DNA of 63,120 bases, the filler included, from Sluysia triapertura (Eukaryota), in NCBI GenBank assembly GCA_046118255.1. It is 5 parts of 5 records of this genome, joined end to end, with 100 filler letters (N's around TTAATTAATTAA, not from the genome) between each part and the next. Parts side by side here need not be neighbours in the genome. Positions count along the whole stretch, not along the records: positions 1 to 11,902 come from JBJNIA010158378.1; positions 12,003 to 24,535 come from JBJNIA010101102.1; 3 more parts are not named here. One strand, given 5' to 3'. Position 1 is the first letter of the stretch, and every line of letters begins with the position of its first letter. Shown here one piece after another: positions 1-13,451 of the stretch. The position numbers and the translations under genes are program-made. A model generated the notes under the pieces. The model saw only the letters and a list, made by a program, of their open reading frames with translations, made no database searches and was not told where the DNA came from.

Positions 1-125
1 ATTTTAAATTCTATTCTTGCTTTTATTGGCAACCAATGTAATTCTTTGAGATAGGGTGTTATATGAGATCTTCTTTCAACTTGGAGAATTAATCTTGCTG
101 CTTGATTAATTATTAATTGTAATTT
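1..125 (-). mobile_element. LINE (CR1/L2-group) ORF2 C-terminal remnant, running off the window edge
   Basis: Minus strand reads LQLIINQAARLILQVERRSHITPYLKELHWLPIKARIEFK, matching the post-RT motif QNxAARLI..R.xHITP.L..LHWLP...RI.FK of CR1/L2-group LINEs. Confidence 0.75.
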
Positions 126-1019
126 TTCACTTAAGGATTTTAAAAGTGATCAAACATTTTTTAAAAACCCAATTTAATTGAAATTTTAAAATTTTATTCG
201 TGAATTAAGCTTAGGAATTTTTTAGTCAAAAAATATAAAATCAATATATCCATAGTTTCGATTGGTATTGTTAAATTGTAAATTAAGAATTATTAAATTA
301 AGAAATTTATACATTAGTTGGTAGCGAATCACAATCGATTTGAGTTCTAGATTTATTTCGAAATTAAGTTTCTTTTATAGAAATTTTATAATGACAACTT
401 AACAATTCTATTTAACTGCAAATATTATATAAAAAAATTAAATTACTATATCTAGATTTGTAAATTAAAATTATTAAAACTTTATTAATCTTTAAAATTC
501 TTTCGTCCTTTTATCATAATTACATATAGAAACATTGTATATTAAATTTTGTGGTATTAATAAATCTGAGTAAATTTAACTAAATTGAAACTAACTATAT
601 TTTAAATTCATCATAATTTTCACTTTCATCTCTATAAAAAGAGACGAGTTAAGAACTAATTATAAAATTAAATTAATAAAGCTTAAAGTTAATGTTAAAC
701 GATAAAAGTAACACGAATCATAAAAGTAAAACACAGAATCAATCTCAAATAAATTTAAATCTATCTAAATAAACTTTAAATTATTAAATTCTGATTAACT
801 TAATAGGAAAATAAAAAAATAAATTCATATATTATGTTTCTGTAATTGAATTATTTACATTACATAATAACATAATTTACATATATGTTATATAATTTAC
901 ATAAAATTTTTAATAAAACACCACACGAAAATAAAAACAAATTCATATATTATAAATGTTTCCATAATTTAATTATTTACATAACATAATAAATTCAAAT
1001 CGCTAATTTCATTCCAATT

Positions 1020-1074
1020 AATAATAATAATAATTTAATAATTAATAATATAATAATAATAATTTAATAATAAT

Positions 1075-1117
<43 letters not shown>
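1020..1117. repeat. (AAT)n microsatellite
   Basis: Visible tandem AAT. Similar tracts lie at about 9506-9570, 11829-11900, 14135-14189 and 52059-52124. Confidence 0.95.
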
Positions 1118-1118
<1 letters not shown>

Positions 1119-1218
1119 GAAATAAATAATTCTTTGAGATATTATATTCATTGTGAAGTAGAATTAATGTTAACATCTTCCAACCAAATAATATTAAATA
1201 AACCTAATAATAGCATTA

Positions 1219-1368
1219 TCAGGATTTTTCTGGTTTAGCTACTTTCGCTATACGTTGTCTGAAAGCAGCAACTTCATCTGATGACATTCTACGCATTGAT
1301 TTGTTGTATGGTTTAGATTCATTATTAGGTCCATCGCCCGAAGCATTCAATTTGGCAATGAATGAAGT
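1219..1368 (-). CDS. Terminal coding exon of an unidentified host gene
   Basis: Minus-strand acceptor ttaattcAG, then 49 open codons (TSFIAKLNASGDGPNNESKPYNKSMRRMSSDEVAAFRQRIAKVAKPEKS) and TGA TAA. GC is higher than the flanks. Upstream exons were not identified. Confidence 0.55.
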   Translation of the reverse strand, partial: TSFIAKLNASGDGPNNESKPYNKSMRRMSSDEVAAFRQRIAKVAKPEKS

Positions 1369-1734
1369 CTGAATTAATAGAAAATAAATAAAAATTGTAA
1401 CAGTCCTAAAAGTTTTAATTTAAATAAAACAAAACACTTTTTCTTAGACAATTAAAGTTTCCATTAAAAATTAACGTTGATCTTTATGATTACTCAACCT
1501 AATTTCTTTAGTGTATTTACTAAGTGTGGTTCAGTCGCATCAAAATATAACCTAACTTTTTATAGACTGAAATGTAAATATATAATCCTTACAGTATTGA
1601 TAGTGCGTTATTTATCACAAGTTACTATTCAGCTCTAATGGATAAATTCGCTCACAACATTAATTTAATGAATTCAAATCAATTTGCTAAATTCCAAAAA
1701 TGATCCATTAATTATTCAATTAAATTCGACAATT

Positions 1735-1888
1735 TTAACTCATAACTGGCCGCTAAAAATTCTTAATCGACTGTTTGATGGCAACACAAAGAAAATTATT
1801 TTGTCAAAAACGTGCTACTACGTCAGCGGCTTCTGGATTTCGGACAAAAAATGACGTACTACTACGTCAACGGTCAGTAATGAGTTAA
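1735..1888. mobile_element. TTAA-flanked MITE (piggyBac-like), family A copy 1
   Basis: TTAA-CTCATAACTGGCCG ... CGGTCAGTAATGAG-TTAA terminal inverted repeats. A homologous inverted copy lies at 35148-35301. Confidence 0.8.
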
Positions 1889-2288
1889 TGTTTTATAATA
1901 TCTAGTTGAATTTTGTTTATAAAAACTAGAAAAACCATTATTGGAAAACATAATTAACCACTAACAAGTGCACATTAAAAATTGTTAAATGTTGAAAATG
2001 AGTTGAGCCCCATCGACACTAAAAGCAATGCGAATATTGTTTTTAATATTGATATTACAATAGCACATTCAATTACACTCAAAAAACAAATGAAACAAAA
2101 TTTAACAAACAATTAATAGCTATATAATTTATATAAAAAATAATATCGCATCATTTGAAACAGAAATGTAAATTAGCCTGAAAAGTTACAATAAAATAAA
2201 TGTAATATATTGAAATCATAATTAAAATTTTAAAGCCAATAACAATTAAAATGATAAAATTTTAAAATAAAATTTTAAAATAAATAAA

Positions 2289-2583
2289 TAAATATTTTAG
2301 ACCTCGATGTGCAGAGAAATAAGGAACAATATTTCATTGACTGAGTTATGAAACGAAACAAAAATGAAGTAACGTAACAATTGACAAATGAGAAACAATT
2401 ACAACAAACTCCCTAATATTGAGAATAGAAAAAGGAAAATTCGAAATGACAACTAAAAGCTATTATAAATACGAACCACCATACTATTAAATAAAAGAAC
2501 ACATTCAAAATGTATAAGTAAATATTTTAGACCTCGATGTGTAGAGAAATAAGGAACAATATTTCATTGACTGAGTTATGAAA
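2289..2583 (+). repeat. 65-bp direct repeat pair (2289-2353 and 2519-2583)
   Basis: TAAATATTTTAGACCTCGATGTG(C/T)AGAGAAATAAGG...GAGTTATGAAA occurs twice with one mismatch, 230 bp apart. Confidence 0.9.
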
Positions 2584-4729
2584 TCGAACTATTAATCAAA
2601 CGACTCTATTTAATTCGTTTACTTTTAACCAGTCTCTTTCTTAATTCAAATTAAATTCTCTTTATAACTTTATCTTAAATAACTTTTCACTTAATTTATT
2701 CATTACCTCTTTTATGAATTTAGTTTTGTAGAATGAGTTTAATACTCGTCCCTGTTCTCAAAGATGGAAGTGCTAACATAACTTAATATTTTAATTCAAA
2801 TGTGTACCGATCAAACCGAAAGGATTAAACTTTTAAATCCTTACCTTTCAATAAAACGGTTTATGATATAGAAAAAACTTTATTCAAACAATGTACTTAA
2901 TCAGAACGAAATACTAAATACTTGATTATTATTTATAAACAAAATAAAATATAAAATTTTACAAATTGACATTTATATTTATGAAAGAAATTTTTAAATT
3001 TTATTTTATGGAGAATACTAGCGTTTCACCACAAAAAAATCAAGGATCATATAATGCTAAAATCAAATTTAGAGTAAACCGTAGAACTGAAAATAAATAA
3101 TTCAGAGTTGATTCAATATTGTCGATGTACACGAAATAATTCAGTCAAATCAACTTTATGGTATACTGAAATCGATAATTTGAGGTTTACCAAATAGTGT
3201 TAATATTCACGATTCAATAATTCACTCTATTTCTTATACTGTATTACTGTGCGTTTTTTAAACAAATATAGTTATATACTAGTTACTATACACTTTACAT
3301 GCCGATTATAAACATATAAATTTAGCTTATTTATTATTCTACTGGCACATACATTACTCTAAAAAATTATTGGATTTAATATTAATTACTTATTAATATA
3401 ATGTAAAAATATAATACTTAATATAATAAATTTTCAACTACACACATAGAATGTATGTACGTAACTATCAACTATTAATGTTCTGTTCATATTTTATTTA
3501 ACACATGTTGATTTTATGTGGCTTACCATTCCTTATACAATTATTTGTTCACGACTTATCATAATTTTATATTTGCATTTAGGTTTAATTCAAACACAAG
3601 TTATTAATATCATAATTATTCATTCTTATTAACATACATTTTATTCATCATAACCATTCATTACTTTTAATATCATAATTATTTTATTTAAACATAATAT
3701 TTTAAATTCAGCATTCAGATTTTCATTTTGTCAAGTATTAATTGTCATTCAAATCGTCCTATATTCATCATTCTCTTTCATCAACAAGTACCGCAATTGA
3801 AATTAAATTTATTATAGGTACAGGTAACATTGAGAGTGATACTTTGTGTTTTAGGTTTCCTCTTAAAGTTTTTGCTGGTAATCCATGCACATTTTTAAAT
3901 GATAATGAACCATAATAAATTCATTTTCAAATCTTGTAGTTTAGATGACGTTGTTAAGAGGAAAACAGAATTAGTCAATCTACAAAACGGAAAAATTAAT
4001 GAGGCTATCAAACGATTCAAAAACGAATCAAATGTATTCGTTAATATCATACAAACTGAAGGTTACTTATATAACGTTATATAGATGGCTTACAAGAAAA
4101 TTGTTCTCTCATTCTTATTTAACCCCTTTAAATAAGAATATTCATAGTTATTCATTAATTTTACTTACATCGAAAGCCTACTTAATGTCAGGCAAACAAA
4201 TTATTAGTAAATTTAATTTATTGGTTAATTTAACTAATAAAAAACAACAAACGAACAAGAATAAATTATAAATCAAATAAAAATCGAATAAATCATTAAT
4301 GGATAGTAAAGTTGAATTCTTAATGGAAAACGACGATAAAAGTCACTTATTCGCAGCTGGAGAAGTAACAAGAGCAATGAGTGGATATCGATCATTTAAT
4401 ACCTGTTGTACTTTGTCATCTCAATCTAATATTTTTCCATTTCTTACTAGTTTTAAGTGTTTTATTATTCTTTAGTAAAACTATCTTTCTACATCGAAGA
4501 ATAGCTAATTCAGCAGCTGACAGACACTTAAATCACCATTTCTACACGGCACCACTATTTTATTGTCATTAGTATAGATTGTAACAGATCATCTCGCAAA
4601 CGTAAGTTCATCTTTCTGAAAAGGTTTTTATCTAAAACTTTTCTTGCTTATATATTGGGGAGATCCTATACTTCTTATGAAATGTGCTACATTTTCCTTT
4701 GTTCAAAAAAACGTTTGGTAATATAACAT

Positions 4730-4940
4730 CAATGTTGTGGCAAACCTTTAACTGAAAATTCAAAATAATTATTTCATTTGTAATATCACATTTACTAATA
4801 TTTTATATTTTACTTCCTCAGATTTATTAAAACCTTTTCACATTTCAAAACATCCTAAATTCACAACCTTAGAACATCAAAACTATACTTACATTCAAAC
4901 CATTAATGTACATTTAAAATTTCATAAAAAACATTTTTAA
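4730..4940 (+). repeat. Dispersed repeat module, copy 1 (inverted copy at about 32140-32360)
   Basis: cagatttattaaaaccttttcacatttcaaaacatcctaaattcacaa...aactatacttacattcaaaccattaatgtacattt aligns with the reverse complement of 32140-32360. Confidence 0.8.
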
Positions 4941-6029
4941 CTCATAATTTCTTAACATTAGAATCACAATTTACATCTTAAACTATCAATCTCAATCTTT
5001 TCACACTCAATCATTAACCTCTTCGTAAGACAAATCAAACGCACACGTTAAAGTCATTCTAATCCAAAAAGAACTTCACTTAAAATAATTTTTTTGTAAA
5101 GAATCTTATTTGCCTAATTTAAAATAAAAAAAATCCTAGATGTTCAAAGAATTTTAATTATTTTCATTTTTGTCTCAAAGAAAACATTATGTTAATGAAC
5201 CAGAATTTATACATTTAATATAATTTTATTATAATATTATTTTATTTGATTTATTTATTTTATTACAATTTATTAGTATTTTAGCTATTTTTATTACTTT
5301 TGTATTATCTTAAGAGATTATGTTAAGAAAGAATATAAATAAAAGAAAAGTTCATGTTACGAAAGAAATTAAAAGAATTTATGTATTATTATTATTATTG
5401 TAACTTTTTTATTACCATTATTATTTATTATCATCATTTTAGTCACAATCACTATTATCATCTTCATTCAGTATTCTATCTTCGTTACCACTATTTACAC
5501 TATCAGTAATGACAGTTTTTCAATTTGTACACATTAATTAATCAAAAATCTGCATTGGTATGTTTTTTTACCACATGCATTTCCAATTACTATTGATTTT
5601 GTACATAGCACACAACAAAAGATAAAAATAATTGTAACTGATTCACTAATTAAAACACTATTATTTCTCAATATTAAAAAACTAATATTAGTGGAAGTTC
5701 AATCACAAGCCACATGCAATACATTGATCACTGATACAACGTGATTATTGTAAATAATTTCACAATTATAAAATTTAGAACGGCAAACCAAAAATAACAG
5801 TAATAAAAATTAATTTGCAATTTAAAGACAAAAGTTAAATACTGATATGTTCATGATGAATAATCGATTAAAGTCTTTATCACCATGCGAAGCTAGAGTA
5901 TTTTATAAACCTCTACAATGAGAATTCATTTTCAATTAGAATACTAAATTGTTTTCAAAATTCTAGAAAAATTTGGTATTGAAACTCGACTTAGAACATT
6001 GATTAAAATTATCTATTTCATGTATTTGC

Positions 6030-6972
6030 TTGATGAATACTCTTAATCAAGCTCAAAAAGAATTTATTTCACATTTAGTTTTGCCAACATTACATCAATT
6101 AAAAGATAATGATAGTAATCGAAAAGTATATGAATGGATAAGCATACCTTATCAACAACAATACATTGTTGAATTTATCAAAATTAAGAGAAACTGTAAG
6201 TTAAGCGAATTACTCAGTCGAATAAGAAATGATTTTAACCCCTTAACGCACAGAAACGTATTAACACGGGCGTGGTAGGTTTTTTTAAAAAATTGCGCAT
6301 TAAGGGATTAATGATGAAGAAAAACCAAGCTCAATTATTTTAAGTAGATATCTACCGAATTCAATCGATGCTATAAAACTAATTGTTGCTACTGCTAAAG
6401 ATCGATTAAAGAATTATCATCGTATCTTAATCAAATTCAAAGAAGAATGTTGCACATTAATATTTTTAAAACAGGAATTTCTTCCACATAATTTACGTCT
6501 GTTTACGAGTATTCCTGGTTACCTTAACGAAGACCAGGTAAGTAAGTATGATTATACAGAAGACAAATGTACAACATTGAGCATAGTTCTGTCTCATTCT
6601 GATTCATATAATGTTGATTTATTTGACAAAACTGTAACAGATTATTCAACATGTGTTCAACATTCTATATTCAACTACTATTCTTTTAACGAACTGAATG
6701 TCGTAAACAATCGTACTCTTCCAACAACCATATCATCAATCCATAGTTATTCAGACCATTAGAAGTATAAATTTTTTCGAACAGCCCAATGTCCATACCA
6801 ACTGAACGAATTTGGTGAATGCTGCAAATTTGGACAATCTTGTTTATTGTACCATAACACCCAAGAAATACGTTATTTTGATGCTAATCAAAACATTATT
6901 AATGATCACATAGAACGGGTAAATAATTTGATAATGACCATTCAAGCTGGTAAAGAGTTAAAGATAAGTTGA
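6030..6972 (+). pseudogene. Decayed ORF with a C-terminal CCCH zinc finger, split by a MITE and one in-frame stop
   Basis: Removing 6239-6311 joins ORF 6030 to ORF 6577 in frame. After the TAG at 6760-6762 the same frame reads KYKFFRTAQCPYQLNEFGECCKFGQSCLLYH (C-x10-C-x5-C-x3-H) and ends at TGA 6970-6972. Confidence 0.65.
6235..6311. mobile_element. Tiny TTAA-flanked MITE (piggyBac-like)
   Basis: TTAA-CCCCTTAACGCAC ... GCGCATTAAGGGA-TTAA. Excising it with one TTAA restores the surrounding reading frame. Confidence 0.8.
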
Positions 6973-9505
6973 CATTTAACAATAGTCATGCTGATTTCTT
7001 AGACGATACTCAATCTATTAATTCTATAGACGATTTTAAATCAAGTAATTTTTATTTTTTATAATCAAAAACTATGTAATTTTGATTCTTTTTATTCAAG
7101 GAATCCACAGTCGGAGAAATGCAAACACCATAAATGACTCTATAAATTTAAAATAATAAAAAATAAATCTATTTGTTTTGACCCGGCCTTCTCATTAATA
7201 AAGTTAAATAAATGTATTTCAATTAAATTTAATTTATTTAAAATTTTGAATCATAATAAGAAAATTTCTAAGTTAATTATAATTAATTTTAAAAAATAGA
7301 TGATGTTAAAAACATAAATAAAGTAGTTAAGCATCCCTTAACCCCACAAACAAAATCATTTTTATATCTTCATTTTTAAGATCATTTAAACGTAAAGTAT
7401 AGTTAATTAATTAAACTTTATCATCAACTTTTAATGAACGATCATGGCAGCGTTTTAATTTCAAACAATTATCAGTACAGTGACTCAAATGTTTATCAGT
7501 TTCACCTAAATGAATATTTTCAAGTATTAAATGCTCCAAGGTACCTGATAGTTCACTGAGAATACTTTCTGTTTTTGTTGCTTATTTTTGATTTTTTGAA
7601 ATTTTGAAATTAATTATTCTATATTCTATAGTAATAACCATGATAATAATGACAGTAATAATATAATATTAATAGTAGAAATAATAATAAATAATAAAAT
7701 TGTTAAAATAACATAAACATAATATTTAGCTGTTCACAATAGTAAGTAGCTAAATATTTACTAATAAAATATTCAAAAACAGAATAATATAGATAATGAA
7801 TTAAACTTAATAAATTAGTAAATATATACTACAACATAATTATTTTTCGATACCGCAAAAGGTTTATTAATGACCTATTCCATCTTTAATTTAAAGTTTA
7901 CGATCATAAATTTATACCGAAAAAGAAAAGTTTATTATCAATTTTTTTTGAATTATTCTTTCTTTTAAGAAAATTACAACATAAAACTAAAGGATTTTCT
8001 TAACCTAGAAATTGGTAAACCAATAAAATAAAAATTATCTACATTAAAACTAAGGTTTATTCAGTCAAAAACACAAATTGTTTTAATTTTATATAAATCT
8101 AGTTCTAAATAATTAAGACATATATGACTTTAATAGTTAATAAAAATTTGTATTTTATAAGGGAAAATCACCCAAATTGGATCAATTTATTGTGGAATTA
8201 ATGTAATTTAATTTGATCAAGCGTTTTTTGATGAAAATAATGAAAATTATAACATAAAATAAGGAACGGATCAAGTAAATAGAAATAAACATTTAAGTCC
8301 GTTCTATTACTATTTTGAAACTAAAAATTAGAGAGACTTAAATTTATATATTAACACAGATCTGAACCTAGAAATATGTATTAGAGATTGAAATAATTCA
8401 AGATAGATATACCTTATTTTGACCCAAAATTTGGATATTGCTTCAGATGTGCCAATCAAAAAAATATAAAAATAGAGACAAAATAGTACAATTACAAATT
8501 TTAAAGACAACAATATAACATCAATGTCAACAATAATCAGTACAACAAATTTTAACTAGAAATTATGAGATTTTAAAGGATATGAAATTATAAAATTGTG
8601 TCTATGTTTCATGTGTATTGTTTGATGATTGACATTTTGTGTAAGGTAAGCTTGTATAAGATCTTACCGCAAGGAATGTGTTCTTTTGTGTAGATATATG
8701 TTTGTGATTTTGTTTTAATCTTGGGTTCACTATATGTTATTTTTTTATGGATAGTTTAATCGTTATGTTTTCAATGATTTGTTGAGTTCTCCATTAGCAT
8801 ATATTAAGATGGCCCTATTTCTACTCTCATATAAATTTTTTACGACATATGAAGGCTTTAAGCCTATTCACAAGCACGTTAAGTGCAATTTTTACGTGAT
8901 TCTATACAGAAAATTAAAAGATTTTAAAATTGGTTTAATTTGTTTGAAATTTCTTTTGAAAATGAAAGGCAAAATAGACAATGAAAAAGGAAGTTCAATA
9001 TCCAACAAAACTCAGTAATATAAAAAACATAAATACAGTATCAATATTCAAAATAACAATGACAGTTCAAAAGATCAAAAATACTACTAATTATACTACT
9101 AAAAATGCCATTAATCATCAAAAGGATACAAACAATAAAAATAATACAAATAATAATACACAAATCGCCAATTTAACAAAGATAAAAACAAAAGCCTTAG
9201 GAGTTTCAGCAGATCTTCTCAGCAGTCTTGGTTCTCCAGAAAGGACAAATAATTAAACGTAATCTGATACTATCACAAGAGATTCCAACGAAAAGCGATG
9301 TGTAGATTCCAACTTATCTAACAAAAAATTTTTGTTATGTTTCGTGAGGTATGAATTATCATCTAATTAAACTAATTCAAACTTCATTAGATTACATACA
9401 TAATTTTATACCAATAGGCATGTTATTAATAGTGATGATGACATTTAAAAAGAAAATAATGAGATAAATGACGTGCATCATGATTGTGATTATTATAATA
9501 ACTGA

Positions 9506-9570
<65 letters not shown>

Positions 9571-10334
9571 AAATGTTATTATTTTAATTGAAATTGAAAT
9601 TTTTAATTAATTTTCATAAAATTAAGAATAAAGTTCAGCGTGATGTCAGTAATTTATATTTGAATATGTTGTGTAAGTCTTGAATATCTTTTGGAAATAA
9701 CAAAATATAAATAGTTGAAATGAATATATTTTTGAGATTTGTATGAAAATCGAAAGAGTGTAATGTGTTTAAAGATATCTAACTAGTTACAAGAAAATTC
9801 CTAAAATAATTGAAAGGTTATAGGGATACAACTGAAAAAGTTGTAAGAATTGTGAGCTTTTAAATATTTTGTGTCGCATGTTTTTGTATTTTATAAATTG
9901 TGTGTTATGGGATGAGCCACCACAATGTGCTGCAAAAATACCCTCATCTGTTGAAGGAGGAATTTAATACAGATCATTCATTTTAATTTAAGAATTTCAT
10001 TAAGAACGTTATACTTAATCTGTTAAAATTAACATCATGGTTAAAATAATATTGATACTATTTATTTTATAAAATTCAATGAAAAAGTTATTTAAAGTGT
10101 CAGCATAACATTTTGAGCGTTTGATAAATCTCAAATTTAGAAAATGAAATTTAATAACAAATAGTTTTAAACTGAGATTACACAAATAATTATTTTAAAA
10201 TGATTCTATGAAGACACTGTGAAATCAAACTTTTAGTACATACAAAACCAAGTAAAATTATTTCAATACAAAAGTAAAGTTATATTAAGTTGAGATTGAA
10301 TAAAAATAGTGTGCAATTAAAAATTAGCATCACC

Positions 10335-10460
10335 ATTAACTTAAATTAAAGATCGGACAGGAGAGAAAATAATATATCAAATTTAAAAGCATTATAATCG
10401 ACAGAAATCATCTTAAAATAAGAATCAATATAGGTTGTATGCAATCAAAATTTAATAACA
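10335..10460 (-). repeat. Dispersed AT-rich repeat family (also about 17210-17510 and 53585-53850)
   Basis: The reverse complement aligns with 17250-17355 (ttcttattttaagatgattt...atctttaatttaagttaa). 17335-17510 in turn aligns with 53585-53765. Confidence 0.6.
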
Positions 10461-10750
10461 AGTTTACAAATGTAAATATTCAGGCTGAGATCAATATTTA
10501 TCATCATTATTTATTAATTATTAACAAAATTATTATGTTAATCTAGATTATTTATAACAATGTACATTACGAAATTATCAATGAAATTATTTTATAATGA
10601 AATTATTAACATATTATATAAACTATTTATTTAATATTATAAAAAATTATATAACTAAATACTAACAAAATATAGTGTAAATTTTACTTACAAATATTTT
10701 CAAAAGAACAAATTTCTACACACACACGAGGAAATAGAGTATTATTGAGA

Positions 10751-10930
10751 TTTTAAAATTATAATCGGTAACGGAGACTTTAAATTAGAAACTACAAACT
10801 ACAATCAATTACTGAGAATTTAAATCGGAAAATACAGATTACAATCGACCACCGACATTTCAAATCTGAAGCTACGAACTACAATTGATTACCGAAATTC
10901 TGAACACGAAGATATAAATTACAATTGATT
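10751..10930 (+). repeat. 40-bp minisatellite, about 4.5 diverged units
   Basis: Units such as actacaaactacaatcaattactgagaatttaaatcggaa and aatacagattacaatcgaccaccgacatttcaaatctgaa recur in an exact 40-bp register. Confidence 0.8.
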
Positions 10931-11827
10931 TTAATTTTGAATGTACAAGTGAGTGATATTTATTGCATTCTCAGCCTAAAGATTTAAATTTGTTATTGTA
11001 ATCAAGAATTTAATAATTAAAAAATATTTTAACTCAGTATTAATATTATTATTATTTGTTTTTTGTATTTTATAAGAAAGTATTTAGTTAATAAATTTTA
11101 TTGAATTTAATTTTCTTCATTGGAAGTAGTGCCCAAAGGAAAAATAAAGTAAAAACTACATCGTAATTGAAAATAACATTTGTTTGAATAAGGTTGAGTT
11201 AGAGTATTTTCACTAGTTAACGCAAAATTTTAGGATAAAATAAAGACTTACTTTCGCGCTTCTATTTCTGGTCATTGAAACGAGTATCTGACTTCAAACT
11301 TCTAGATAAAATAAACCTAAAGCATTACTTATAAAATAAACTATAAACTGTATATACTGCTAAAAGTATATAAGATATAAGGTGAAATAATTATTAGAAG
11401 AGTTTAAGTTGTTATTGACGGATAATAATTTATTTAAATGAGGATATTAAAACTATCGTTGAGGACTATATTAGCAAAAGTTGAGAATTCACTATAAAGT
11501 GATTCTAAAAAGAACATTTTGTAAATTTTACATTCATAACAGACCATAGTTAAAATCAGAATAAAGTGAGCATAATGACAAAAGATTTAGAATATTATTA
11601 AGGACAAGAATTCATAAAGAAATGTACACTAATTACCAACACATATAAAATCTAGAGAACATAAGAAAGTATTCAAAGACATTAAATTTTTATAAAGAAC
11701 TACTAAGCAAAATTTTTTAAATTTTAAAATACTGCAATATTGTAGTAATGTTATTTATAGTATTGTGAAGATTAATCATATAATAATAACAAGTAATAAC
11801 ATTTGAATTTTTGTGCACAATATCGTA

Positions 11828-11897
<70 letters not shown>

Positions 11898-11902
11898 ATT
11901 AA

Positions 11903-12002
11903 NNNNNNNNNNNNNNNNNNNNNNNNNNNNNNNNNNNNNNNNNNNNTTAATTAATTAANNNNNNNNNNNNNNNNNNNNNNNNNNNNNNNNNNNNNNNNNN
12001 NN
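11903..12002. other. Artificial scaffold spacer (44N-TTAATTAATTAA-44N)
   Basis: An identical 100-bp structure occurs at 11903-12002, 24536-24635, 38230-38329 and 49855-49954. The 12-mer puts stops in all six frames. Confidence 0.95.
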
Positions 12003-12300
12003 AATTATTCTAACATTCTCCATTTCATTTACAACCTAAACCATCACATCTTTTAAAACAAATTTAATACAACCTTAAAGATTTCATTAGTTCTCAATAT
12101 TTTTTAAACACTCTGATTGGGCCGGCAAAAAAAGAAACAATTGCAGTACTGACATACAATTAAAATTTTCAGAGTACAAGTAAAAATTATTTTTCAAAAA
12201 TTTTATCTCAAAAAGTTTCTGTCTAAACATTTTATTAACAAGAAATCAAAGAAATTATTAAAGTATTTGAAAGTTTAATGAAAATTCTTGATGACCAATA

Positions 12301-13451
12301 ATGAAAAATCTAAATTCAGATAACAAGAATACAGACGAAAGTTTATTCAATAAAGTATGTTCCGATTTAGAAAACAGACCTAATAAAATGCTTCTTTCTA
12401 TGAACATTATGGATGAATTTGATGAATTAGAGAATTTTAATAAGGAATGTATTATGGTACATAATTCTGTTCGTAATTATCACAACTCACTACTATTAAA
12501 ACTAAATTATCAATTGGTAGAAGAAGTACAAAATTGTGCTTCAATATTAATTGAAAATGATGTTTTTAAATATCGTATAAATCTCAAACAAGATGTCGGT
12601 GGAAACTTAGCAAATGACTTAAATGAGCCAAAAACTGCAACATTTTCAGGTTTAGCAGTTTCTGTTAGATGTTATTTAGAAATTAAAGATTATGTAGTTC
12701 AGGAAGAATCAAATAGTTCGAATGTAAAAGAATTTATGGGTAATTTCATACGACTGATTTGGGGACAAACAAGGATGTCAGGTTTTGGTCATTCACAAGA
12801 AAAAAAATGGTAGATGGCATATAGGAGGTCGTATTCATCCAATGAGTAATGTAATATATCAGTATAAAATAAACGTTCATCCAAGTATCAATATCAACTA
12901 ATGATGCAAGATTAATGTACATATCTGAGATACTTATATGGATTCAATTATCTATCAGCTATCATATTTTTATCCACGGAGATCTAAAGCGAACAATCGA
13001 ACAAAACATTTTAGATTTTCCTAAGATTTGTTATATGAATAATAATACCCTTTTCAAAGTGAATAAGCTACTTACAATGAAATAAATTAGATCACGGCCA
13101 TTTAGTATATGTTTGCAAAAAAACGGAGCACAACATAATTTCTATCATCTATTAAATGTATTTTCGAATTATAACTTAATTAGCAGTTTCCCAATTAATG
13201 ATAATGTTCAAAAGAAGGTGCAATATTTAATGAACTCATTAACGTCACCAAAACCTAAAATCATTTTTCTAAATAAATCAACGTTAAATATAGAATATGG
13301 TAATATTACACGTGTATCGAAAGTTCAAGTTTTAGTGAATGAAAATATGACTTTAATCATTGATAAAAGCGAATATGCATACGACACAAATAACATGTTA
13401 TTCATACAAGAACTATTTAAAGTTAAGTTTCCTATGGACTACAAAATTTGA
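12301..13451 (+). pseudogene. Degenerate, intronless protein-kinase-like ORF (frameshifted)
   Basis: IFIHGDLK at 12966-12989 resembles a catalytic loop. It is preceded by RLMYISEIL/YGFNYL (helix E) and followed by ILDFP (DFG-like). ORF 12301 carries ATFSGLAVSVR and KEFMGNFIRLI, resembling subdomains II-IV. Confidence 0.5.

Noticed and set aside
10751-10930. CRISPR array
   Set aside because: Contiguous degenerate units without unique spacers, in a eukaryotic context with no cas genes.
11947-11958. TTAATTAATTAA palindrome recurring four times as a biological motif or CRISPR-like repeat
   Set aside because: It is always centred in 44+44 N, so it is an assembly linker.
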